Positions 1-7,231 of a DNA stretch of 64,000 nucleotides are shown piece by piece. Positions within the stretch are counted from its first letter, which is position 1. Every line of letters starts with the position of its first letter. The notes beneath the pieces were generated by a model. That model saw only the letters and a program-made list of their open reading frames with translations, was not told where the DNA came from and searched no databases. Origin of the DNA: a virus; the IMG/VR virus record IMGVR_UViG_2718218502_000001, positions 2,841 to 66,840 of that record; one strand, 5' to 3'. A program made the translations under genes and the position numbers.

Positions 1-44
1 GTACATATATCAATTTCATTAATTTTAATAATCTTTTCAGTCAT
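1..44 (-). CDS. 5' end of a host gene running off the window, probably an alpha/beta hydrolase
   Basis: RBS GAGGAG then ATG at 44 giving MTEKIIKINEIDIC..., which resembles remembered B. cereus alpha/beta hydrolase N-termini; only 14 codons visible. Confidence 0.5.
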   Translation of the reverse strand, partial: MTEKIIKINEIDIC

Positions 45-571
45 GATTAACTCCTCATTTCATTCGTATTTAGTTAATAAAAAAGACACAATCAAATAAA
101 CCCACATATTTTTTTGAAAAAATAGTTAGGCATAACGAATTGTGTTTAAAATTAACGTAAACGAATGAACTTGATAATCATGTTAAACACTCTCCTATAA
201 AAAGGGAATAAGGGTAAAACCCTTATTTTGATTATAACATAGCTCTATCAGTATTAATATAGGTTCACTTTTTCTTATTTTATAATTTTAAAAATAATTC
301 CTATTGTATGAATCTGCACTCTTAGTTGAAGAAAAGACGATGTATACAATATCCAAACCTAATTAACATAACGTCTCATTATCGACAGAAAGGAACCTTC
401 TATTTTGTTCTATGGATCTATGCATTTTTTATACATTCCTATCCTAGCGCGATTTTAGGATTATTGTTTGTTACTGGATTAGCCAAAAAACTGTATAAAA
501 CCTTGCATACTTTTAACGTGTTTTTTCAAAAATACTACGATACCCCTAGATTTAAAAGAAATAAGCAATGC

Positions 572-1114
572 TTAGATTTTAAACCTAGTCATTGCTTTAT
601 CCATTGCATCTTGATTTACACCTATATAACGTAACGTGACCTTCTCTGACGAGTGATTAAATATCTCCATGAGTAATGCTATGTTTTTTGTTTGCATGTA
701 CATGTGATACCCGTATGTTTTTCTTAACGTATGTGTTCCTATTTCATCCAACCCGAACTCTGACGCTGCTCCGCTTAATATCTTATATGCCATGCTACGA
801 CCAATAGGACGATTCTTACCTTGTCTGCTTTGCAATAAATACTCATTGTCTTCCCTTTCTTCAATAAACCATTTCAGTTCTCTTTTCAGTGCTGCAGTAA
901 TTTGTATTCGTTTCTGTTTCCCTGTTTTCTTTTCTCTCATAGATATATGACTGCCCTTGACATCTCCTACCTTCAGTTTCAAAATATCCGAGATTCTAAG
1001 ACCTGTATTAATGCCCATAATGAAGAGAATGTAATTACGTAAGCTCTTTTCCTTAAAATACTCTTTAAGCTGCTGTATTTGCTCTGGATCACGTATTGGT
1101 TGAACGAAATTCAT
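572..1114 (-). CDS. Minimal tyrosine recombinase (180 aa, catalytic domain only)
   Basis: GLRISD (R), HTLRKT (HxxR), NHSS (H), LRYIG (Y) catalytic residues; no N-terminal arm-binding domain. Confidence 0.92.
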   Translation of the reverse strand: MNFVQPIRDPEQIQQLKEYFKEKSLRNYILFIMGINTGLRISDILKLKVGDVKGSHISMREKKTGKQKRIQITAALKRELKWFIEEREDNEYLLQSRQGKNRPIGRSMAYKILSGAASEFGLDEIGTHTLRKTYGYHMYMQTKNIALLMEIFNHSSEKVTLRYIGVNQDAMDKAMTRFKI

Positions 1115-1596
1115 TATTCATTACCTCCCGTTTCTTCTGTCTCGTAAACTTCTAATCCGAGCGCAAAAGCAAGTTTATAAAAAGCTTTAGATTTCCAACG
1201 TCGATAAGTACGCTCTGACATCCCTATTTCGTTATAAACCATATAATCACACACGTCCTCATCTTCTAAATAACGTTTATAAATAATATCTCTCTGAATA
1301 CTTCCTGCACGTTCGTTTCCTAATCGATTTAAAAACTGATCAATACGTACCGACATTATTTCAAGCCACTCTTCTCGTTTGCTTTGTTGAATATTTACTA
1401 TAGCAACATCTTCTAACGGTTTACCAACAGCATGTGTAGGACCGTGCTCACGTATTTCATAAGAAGGAGTGACTTTCATTTCTTTACGCATCATCCCAAA
1501 TTGTCTATGTATACGTACACTTTCCAAAACACCTTCTAATTCTTCGTGTGTCGCTATTCTGTCAATTTTTGGTAAAAAAGATAATTGTTTAGTCAT
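1114..1596 (-). CDS. ArpU-family phage transcriptional regulator
   Basis: C-terminal HTH IGMSERTYRRWKSKAFYKLAFAL typical of ArpU/RinA-like late activators; overlaps the recombinase start. Confidence 0.85.
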   Translation of the reverse strand: MTKQLSFLPKIDRIATHEELEGVLESVRIHRQFGMMRKEMKVTPSYEIREHGPTHAVGKPLEDVAIVNIQQSKREEWLEIMSVRIDQFLNRLGNERAGSIQRDIIYKRYLEDEDVCDYMVYNEIGMSERTYRRWKSKAFYKLAFALGLEVYETEETGGNE

Positions 1597-1622
1597 GTAA
1601 GACCACTCCTTTTATTTTTAGA

Positions 1623-1793
1623 TTACTTTTGTCTTATTGCTCCACGTCTTCGTTCATAACAAGGTCTATGCATCCCCATTAAATCCTCAATTTCACGAGT
1701 ACTTAATTTCTCTTTTGGTTTTGTCTTATTTTTCTTCTTTCCTTGCTTGGATTGACTTTTCCATTCATGTAACTAATCCTTTAACACCCTCAT
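1623..1793 (-). pseudogene. Small basic phage protein with in-frame stop at codon 7
   Basis: Reads MRVLKD*LHEWKSQSKQGKKKNKTKPKEKLSTREIEDLMGMHRPCYERRRGAIRQK after an RBS. Confidence 0.7.
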
Positions 1794-1909
1794 TTCCCCA
1801 TCTTCCTTTTCAAAATAAAAAGGACACCAATTCCTAAAACAGCTTTCATTGCTGCTTTAATGAATTGGCGTCCTCTAGTTTTCTAGCCGGACTATATTCG
1901 AATGTTATT

Positions 1910-2138
1910 TTATATATCCCAATAGTCATTATTAACATCATTAGTATATTTGCTGATTTCCTTCTCTTTCCCACACTTTTCACATTTATAATAACTAATA
2001 ACTAATAACTAATAACTAATAACTAATAACTATCCCCATCTTACCAGTTTTAAAATTTTCATTGTCATGACTTTTAATAAGTTTATATCTATGTATACAT
2101 TTAGGTTCTTTTAATTTATCAAACCAATTTCCTAACAT
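1910..2138 (-). pseudogene. Small Cys/His phage protein disrupted by heptamer-repeat expansion
   Basis: RBS GAGGAAAGGG; MLGNWFDKLKEPKCIHRY...GIVISY*; removing 4 of 6 AGTTATT units restores ...ISYYKCEKCGKEKEISKY...WDI. Confidence 0.7.
1990..2031 (+). repeat. Perfect (AATAACT)x6 tandem repeat
   Basis: Six exact 7-bp units read directly. Confidence 0.98.
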
Positions 2139-2262
2139 AAATTAATCCCTTTCCTCTCGAAGATATTCTTTTTATTCCCATCCTCTTAAGAATACCTTAG
2201 AAAAGATTCCCAATCAATGAAACGTGGTAGCTTGTTTTTCTATAAACAAAAGGATTATTTTG

Positions 2263-2523
2263 TTAAGAATTGATGATTTCTTTAATTCTATTAGGCTTGT
2301 CTAAGTTGTTATCGTTTGGTATATCCAATTTGACCACATTATCACTTAATGCATCAGCTAATTCATGAGCACTATTCATATCATGTGTATGAAATCTAAA
2401 TTCTTTACCATTAGAAAGTTACATAAACACTCCTTGCGATGAGTTAGTTCCAAATGTCCCAATCCGAACTCTGCACCAAAAGCATTTATCTTTATCTATA
2501 TGGCATGTACATGCATTACCCAT
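2263..2523 (-). pseudogene. Small phage/cassette gene with one internal TAA
   Basis: RBS GGGGATAGAG; MGNACTCHIDKDKCFWCRV...VFM*LSNGK...IINS; terminal stop abuts the 16-bp site at 2249-2264. Confidence 0.55.
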
Positions 2524-2538
2524 TTCGCTCTATCCCCT

Positions 2539-2640
2539 GAATAAAATTCAATATTCCGTCCATACTATAAATGCACTTGAGTTCTGAACTTCCTTCTTAA
2601 CGTTTTTCTGGAGAGCAGTTAGCTTTTGCTAGCTGCTCTT
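2539..2640 (+). ncRNA. Candidate sRNA cassette, SigG-type promoter
   Basis: GAATA(2539)-N17-CATACTA(2561); CTTCCTTC; terminator GAGCAGTTAGC/GCTAGCTGCTC; no ORF. Confidence 0.5.
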
Positions 2641-2788
2641 ATTTTCTGTAATTGGTTTCATTTACCTGATGTTTTCAACGTAATATTACGTTACGATATA
2701 AAAGGATAAAATATATTTGGCTGTTATATCATTACCCTAGGGAACTAGGTTTTTTTTACACAAAATGAAATTTTTATTTAACTTTCTT

Positions 2789-2910
2789 GCATAGCATTTT
2801 CGCTTCTGCGAATACTATGGTTGTAATTTGCAATTACACAATTAACATTTAATAAGCACCGTTTTCTTTTTTTACCAGAACAGCTAGCTAATCACGCTAG
2901 CTGTTTTATT
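2789..2910 (+). ncRNA. Candidate sRNA cassette, SigG-type; family with 5381 and 51458
   Basis: GCATA(2789)-N17-AATACTA(2811); TGTAAT/ATTACA hairpin; terminator AACAGCTAGC/GCTAGCTGTT. Confidence 0.5.
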
Positions 2911-2940
2911 GTATAAAATGAAGTTTTTATACGATTTTAA

Positions 2941-3035
2941 ACACATTTAAAAATAAATTCATATGATATTACGTATTCCTCTCTTTTACAAAATGGATTT
3001 GGGTCAGAAGAGCACTTTTACGAAGTGCTCTTTTC
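2941..3035 (+). ncRNA. Candidate sRNA cassette, SigK-type
   Basis: ACAC...CATATGATA(2960); ATTCCTCTC; terminator AGAGCACTT/AAGTGCTCT plus T run. Confidence 0.45.
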
Positions 3036-3406
3036 CCATGGAATTAAAGCTCTACTGAATAGCGTTTTTGTTTAGTTTCACTCTAAAAGTAAAATTTTCA
3101 TTTTTTCATTCAACCAAGTTCATAACATATTCTTTTCCCCCGATAAAATAATGATTAAGTGTCCCATGCGCATTTTATCCACTGGAAATAATACCTTTCA
3201 CGTACTTACGTATTAGAAACTTCATTTCTGCTTCTTCTGCAATAGCAATTTTGTTCACTTTTTTGATACATTTATGAAACATTCACATGTTATCTTCAAT
3301 ATGTTCTATTCTTTTTGAAAAACCATGTGAGAATACCAAAACAAGAAGCCCTAGAGCCCTAACTCTAGGGCTTCTTGTTTTCAAATAAGGATTTTGTTAA
3401 AAAACT

Positions 3407-3496
3407 GCACATTTATTAAGAACATGCATAAAATATAATGTGGTATTCTTTTTCAATATTATTGTTTATCCGAGAGCGCCTTGAATGGCGCTCTTT
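3407..3496 (+). ncRNA. Candidate sRNA cassette, SigK-type; family with 5517 and 52980
   Basis: AC(3409)-N16-CATAAAATA(3427); GTATTCTTTTTCA core; terminator AGAGCGCC/GGCGCTCT. Confidence 0.5.
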
Positions 3497-3603
3497 AATT
3501 TTCAAATAATTACGAGAGCGGATTTTATTATGTTGTACAAGCACTACTTCGCTTTATTAAATAGACTATATTGACATCTAAAAGAAGGGAGCTTTAAATT
3601 CAT

Positions 3604-4068
3604 ATGGCTGATTACTTTTATAAAGATGGTAAAAAGTATTATAAAAACCAAGCGCATTCGGACCCTCAAAAAAATAACTGTTTTGTTGAGACTCATACAA
3701 TTGGTGGTTCAGGAGTAAATTTAAATGGAAATATACCTATATCTATCGACCTCCTAGATACCACTCCACAAACAGTATTTGAAGATTTCACCAACAATCA
3801 CAATAAAACATTAATTCAGTTATTTGTTGTCGGCATGAGTGCCCCCGTTCAAGTAACTATTCTAACAAGAAGATCTAGCCTACCAATTACTACTACATTA
3901 CAACCCGTTCAAACAAAAATATTTCAAGTTGAAGATTTTCAAAGTCTTACTTTTACAAAGCAGGAAGGTCCTGCTAGTGTAGTTAGTTTATTTATTCAAA
4001 AAACATTTTGTATCTGCTGTAACGATAATAACGATTCATGTAATGAATATTACCACGAGTGCAATTAA
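3604..4068 (+). CDS. exsD: Exosporium protein D-like
   Basis: MADYFYKDGKKYYKNQ...KTFCICC matches my recollection of B. cereus ExsD; RBS AAGGGAG; terminator AGAACTCTTT/AAAGGGTTCT downstream. Confidence 0.75.
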   Translation: MADYFYKDGKKYYKNQAHSDPQKNNCFVETHTIGGSGVNLNGNIPISIDLLDTTPQTVFEDFTNNHNKTLIQLFVVGMSAPVQVTILTRRSSLPITTTLQPVQTKIFQVEDFQSLTFTKQEGPASVVSLFIQKTFCICCNDNNDSCNEYYHECN

Positions 4069-4171
4069 TAGATTAAATTGCCAGAAGAACTCTTTATATA
4101 AAGGGTTCTTTTCTTTTCACTCCCCTCATTTCCCCGTTTTTTATTAAAATAACTATTTTGTTATATTCCTT

Positions 4172-4270
4172 GCACTTTTAAATGAGACAAGCATATGTTG
4201 TAGTATAATGTTTCATCACTTATTTACACTTCCTTTTTTCAAGAGTACATATTCGATATGTACTCTTTTT
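4172..4270 (+). ncRNA. Candidate sRNA cassette, SigK-type; paralog of 5758-5860
   Basis: AC(4174)-N16-CATATGTT(4192); ACACTTCCTTTTT; terminator AGAGTACATAT/ATATGTACTCT; bounded by sites 4147 and 4282 (135-bp unit). Confidence 0.55.
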
Positions 4271-4496
4271 ATATCACTATAAAATAACGCTTTTATTTAT
4301 TTTTTAATACGCTTTTCCCAAAAAACATGCACTACCCCATCACCATCAAATTAAAATCTAATAGATTCCCAGAACGAAAATTTTAACTTTCTTGTAACAA
4401 CGAAGCTCTGTTATCGTTTTTGGAATACTTCATAACCTTAGCTTGATAGGCATAGGGCAAGACCCCTAATTTAGTAATTTACGTAGTACATGCCGT

Positions 4497-4525
4497 AACC
4501 AAATCTATTAATCTAACATATTGTA
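4497..4525 (+). promoter_or_regulatory. SigK-type promoter of the 128-aa gene
   Basis: AACC-N16-CATATTGTA matches the B. subtilis SigK consensus mACm-N16-CATAnnnTA. Confidence 0.6.
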
Positions 4526-4575
4526 TAAAAGTGACTTTAAACCTATAAAAAAGTTGCTAAGGAGGTTAATATAAA

Positions 4576-4962
4576 ATGGCATCATTTGAAATTGGAGCAA
4601 GATCTCTTTTCAATTTTCGAAACGAACGCTTTTTCTTATTAGTTGAAGATGAAATTACAATTCCAGATAAAGGTGTAGAAATTGATCCAGTTAATATCTA
4701 CGAAATTGATCAGCAAACTTTCAATTTTATCAGAGATGAAGGAGATACACCTGTAATTGAACCAGTTGATACACTTCCAACTGTACCACCTGGATTTAAA
4801 TTAGAACGAAAATGTATTTTCACAGTCGACAATTCATACTTTGTAATATACGATTTAGAAGATGGAACTGATAACAACGTCCTATTAAGAATCAGTGCAG
4901 CATTATTTAATTCATTAAGAAATTCTGGTGTTCGTGAATGTTTTCCTCAAAATTTCATTTAA
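4576..4962 (+). CDS. Hypothetical protein with two-fold internal repeat, probably mother-cell expressed
   Basis: RBS AAGGAGG; acidic 128-aa ORF; two similar halves; SigK-type promoter. Confidence 0.8.
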   Translation: MASFEIGARSLFNFRNERFFLLVEDEITIPDKGVEIDPVNIYEIDQQTFNFIRDEGDTPVIEPVDTLPTVPPGFKLERKCIFTVDNSYFVIYDLEDGTDNNVLLRISAALFNSLRNSGVRECFPQNFI

Positions 4963-5112
4963 GAACTTAAATTAATTAGACCTCAAATGGAATACTCTTT
5001 GAACAATTTAACCCCTCGTAGTTTTCTACAAAGGATTAAATTGTTATGTAAAAAGTTTTTTTAATTAAATGGAGCAGTTAATGCAAATGACTGCTCTATT
5101 TTAATTTTCATT

Positions 5113-5236
5113 ACATAAACTTGATATTTTTGTCCATACTATACAAAACTCACGAAATATTTATACTCCTTAAATTCGTGAATGTAATGTTCTTATAGCA
5201 GTTAGCCTATGCTAGCTATGCTAGCTGCTCTCTTTT
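5113..5236 (+). ncRNA. Candidate sRNA cassette, SigG-type
   Basis: ACATA(5113)-N17-CATACTA(5135); TCACGAA/TTCGTGA hairpin with ATACTCCTT in the loop; GCAGTTAGC-family terminator. Confidence 0.5.
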
Positions 5237-5261
5237 GCATTTAGTTAAAAATAAGTTTTAG

Positions 5262-5360
5262 GTCTTATTCCTTTTCTATAACATATACTTTTAACCTAAC
5301 CGTTCAGCTCAAAGTGTTACCTCCTATCTTAAAGAGCACTTATGCATGGTGCTCTTTTTT
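5262..5360 (+). ncRNA. Candidate sRNA cassette, near-identical to 51311-51409
   Basis: CATATACT -10-like element; TTACCTCCTATC anti-SD; terminator AGAGCAC/GTGCTCT plus T6; 95/99 identical to the prophage copy. Confidence 0.55.
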
Positions 5361-5380
5361 ATTTTATTTTTTTCATCTCT

Positions 5381-5497
5381 GTATAACATTTTCAACCCTG
5401 TTCATACTATTTTTGTAACTTAAAGTTACAAACTATTTCTGTAAGCGGAGCGTTTCTTTTGTACAACAAGCAGTTAGTTTTATTAACTAGCTGCTTT
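5381..5497 (+). ncRNA. Candidate sRNA cassette, SigG-type
   Basis: GTATA(5381)-N17-CATACTA(5403); TTGTAACT/AGTTACAA hairpin; AAGCAGTTAG/CTAGCTGCTT terminator. Confidence 0.55.
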
Positions 5498-5516
5498 GTT
5501 GTCCAAAAGAAAGATC

Positions 5517-5608
5517 TGCACATGTATTAAGAACATACATAAAATATCATGTGGTATTCTTTTTCAATTTTAGTTTTGGTCATGGAGCGCCTTAAAAAGC
5601 GCTCTTTA
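5517..5608 (+). ncRNA. Candidate sRNA cassette, SigK-type; paralog of 3407-3496
   Basis: CTGCACAT(G/T)TATTAAGAACAT(A/G)CATAAAATAT shared with the 3407 unit; GAGCGC/GCGCTC terminator. Confidence 0.5.
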
Positions 5609-5641
5609 TATTTGCAAATAACCATTTCGTTCAAACATACA

Positions 5642-5726
5642 CACGATTTATATAAACTAAGCATATATTTACATAGACAAGACATAGCTTTTACTATACA
5701 TGCACAATTTTTGTGCATGTTTTTTT
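5642..5726 (+). ncRNA. Candidate sRNA cassette, SigK-type; family with 53086
   Basis: AC(5643)-N17-CATATATT(5662); AGACAAGACATAG core; ACATGCACAA/TTGTGCATGT terminator; bounded by sites 5616 and 5735. Confidence 0.5.
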
Positions 5727-5757
5727 GTTCAACACAATAACTATTTTGTACATTCCT

Positions 5758-5860
5758 TGCACCTTTAAATGAGGCAATCATATGTTGTAGTATTATGTTT
5801 CATCGCTTATAGGAGCCTCCTTTTTTTCAAGAGTACATATTTGATATGTGCTCTTTTTTC
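5758..5860 (+). ncRNA. Candidate sRNA cassette, SigK-type; paralog of 4172-4270
   Basis: GCAC-CTTTAAATGAGGCAAT-CATATGTT; GCCTCCTTTT; AGAGTACATAT/ATATGTGCTCT terminator. Confidence 0.55.
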
Positions 5861-5872
5861 ATTCTCCTATAC

Positions 5873-6005
5873 GAATAATCTTTTTTACATTACACAAACT
5901 ATCCTCAAGTCAACTTCCCATGACTACACTCTTTAAAAATGGAGCTTTACCCCTCCGGACTTTTTAGGCACACGGCAGGTAACTTAGTCAATTACCTGCC
6001 ATTTT
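5873..6005 (+). ncRNA. Candidate sRNA cassette, SigG-like
   Basis: GAATA(5873)-N17-CAAACTA(5895); TTACCCCTCC; GGCAGGTAA/TTACCTGCC terminator. Confidence 0.45.
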
Positions 6006-6094
6006 CTATTCAAATAACGCATTTGTTTAATGAAAATCAATTAACTATAATTTGAAAAATCGGAAACATTTACTCAATGATTTTTCTGAATACT

Positions 6095-6190
6095 CATACT
6101 ATTATTTATGTGCTGATGTTCACCATCCCAAGAACTCAGTAATATCATCCACAGGCTCCACTCTCACCCTTTTGAGAGTGGAGCCTTTAT
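6095..6190 (+). ncRNA. Candidate sRNA cassette (only the -10 element recognised)
   Basis: CATACTA at 6095; 12-bp stem GGCTCCACTCTC/GAGAGTGGAGCC. Confidence 0.35.
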
Positions 6191-6239
6191 TTATAAGGAT
6201 TATCCTCAATATTTATTTTTATAAAATTCAAATTTGGTC

Positions 6240-6749
6240 TTAATATCCGTTATCTTGGCGCTGGTGGTTCACTTCATTCTTTTTGTAATAACCTTGCTCA
6301 ATCTCTTCAAATGTGATTCCTAATTTCTTACCTAAACCTAAGAACGAGTACAATAATTCCTCATAAAGCTCAATGTCTTGAGTTGCACGAAATTCCGATA
6401 CAGCTTCATATACATTGTTAAATTGATTTACTAGCTTACTTGCGGTATAGACGTTTGCATTATGTTCTAATAACTTCAGGCTATATTCATTAGGATTAAA
6501 TCCGATGCCATTCCCTAATGAAGATATAAAATGAAATCCATCTACATACTCCATTAAAATAACTTCTTTTTCACTAGGTCCTTTATTGCTCCAATGCTTA
6601 AAGCATCTTGTTTCATTTGCAAGTTCTCCAATTTCAACCTGTAATGCAAGAATCATATTGTAAAATAAATTTTGCCCTTCTAATCCATGCTCCTCAATGA
6701 TTCTTGTATCTAACACCTTTTGCATTCTGAATATTTTAGTTAAATTCAT
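6240..6749 (-). CDS. dut: Dimeric (all-alpha) dUTPase
   Basis: EIGELANETRCFKHWS, EYVDGFHF, KKNEVNHQRQDNGY motifs of the dUTPase_2 family. Confidence 0.88.
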   Translation of the reverse strand: MNLTKIFRMQKVLDTRIIEEHGLEGQNLFYNMILALQVEIGELANETRCFKHWSNKGPSEKEVILMEYVDGFHFISSLGNGIGFNPNEYSLKLLEHNANVYTASKLVNQFNNVYEAVSEFRATQDIELYEELLYSFLGLGKKLGITFEEIEQGYYKKNEVNHQRQDNGY

Positions 6750-6768
6750 TTTGCTTTCCCCTTCCTAT

Positions 6769-7020
6769 TTAGCAAATCCCTAATCCTATCGGACGATTTT
6801 TAATTAAATACTTATCAGCCTGATCTATTACAAGGATAGCAACCTCAGCTTGATGTCTCCTTAACGCTTTTGCCATCTTTGGTAAACTCATGCCTTGACT
6901 CCACATTTCACGAAAACGAATTACATCTCTTTCATCCCAAATGAAGTTAGCTTCTTCTAAAGCGATGTATACCTTCAACCGTGATTCCTTCATCGCTTCA
7001 TGATTTCTCGCTACACTCAT
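6769..7020 (-). CDS. Conserved phage hypothetical protein (HTH-like)
   Basis: 83-aa ORF with RBS; REMWSQGMSLPKMAKALRR typical of B. cereus phage proteins. Confidence 0.75.
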   Translation of the reverse strand: MSVARNHEAMKESRLKVYIALEEANFIWDERDVIRFREMWSQGMSLPKMAKALRRHQAEVAILVIDQADKYLIKNRPIGLGIC

Positions 7021-7045
7021 AAGCGAACCTACTTTCTTAAAATGA

Positions 7046-7213
7046 TTATTTTATCTTTTCAGTAAACTTAGTATCTACACGATCAACTTTACCGTTTATC
7101 CAAACAGCAACTTGCTCACCAAAACCACTCTCCGGTGGATTGAATGCTGTAACATTTCCATCCTTTACTATTAAAAGCTTGTTATTACTAACATCAATTT
7201 CTACTTTTTTCAT
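7046..7213 (-). CDS. Small phage protein (DUF3954-like, 55 aa)
   Basis: Own translation MKKVEIDVSNNKLLIVKDGNVTAFNPPESGFGEQVAVWINGKVDRVDTKFTEKIK; stop lies inside a 16-bp site (7040-7055). Confidence 0.75.
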   Translation of the reverse strand: MKKVEIDVSNNKLLIVKDGNVTAFNPPESGFGEQVAVWINGKVDRVDTKFTEKIK

Positions 7214-7231
7214 ATGTCCATCTCCCTTTTA

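Larger units (their letters stand above)
2249..6240 (+). repeat. Array 1: dispersed 16-bp junction site AAA(T/G)RA-NNN-TTTYRTY between cassettes
   Basis: Strict copies start at 2763, 3383, 4147, 4282, 5616; near copies at 2249, 2916, 3057, 3087, 5249, 5735, 5873, 6012, 6224; all on the same strand and between units. Confidence 0.75.

Noticed and set aside
326-634. 102-aa + strand ORF
   Set aside because: No RBS, atypical composition, overlaps the recombinase antisense; likely spurious
572-1114. Calling this the remnant's integration/excision integrase
   Set aside because: Too short, no arm-binding domain, located by the late regulator rather than at an att end
4209-4283. 24-aa micro-ORF (MFHHLFTLPFF...) in the 4172 unit
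   Set aside because: No RBS, runs through the terminator, and the paralog at about 5796 stops after 5 codons
5527-5781. ORFs 5527-5781 (-), 5549-5740 (+) and 6052-6243 (+)
   Set aside because: They cross terminators and junction sites and lack RBSs; chance ORFs over non-coding cassettes
2249-6240. CRISPR array interpretation of the regularly spaced units
   Set aside because: Repeats are short and degenerate, unit lengths vary from 100 to 900 bp, units contain promoters, terminators and genes, and no cas genes are present
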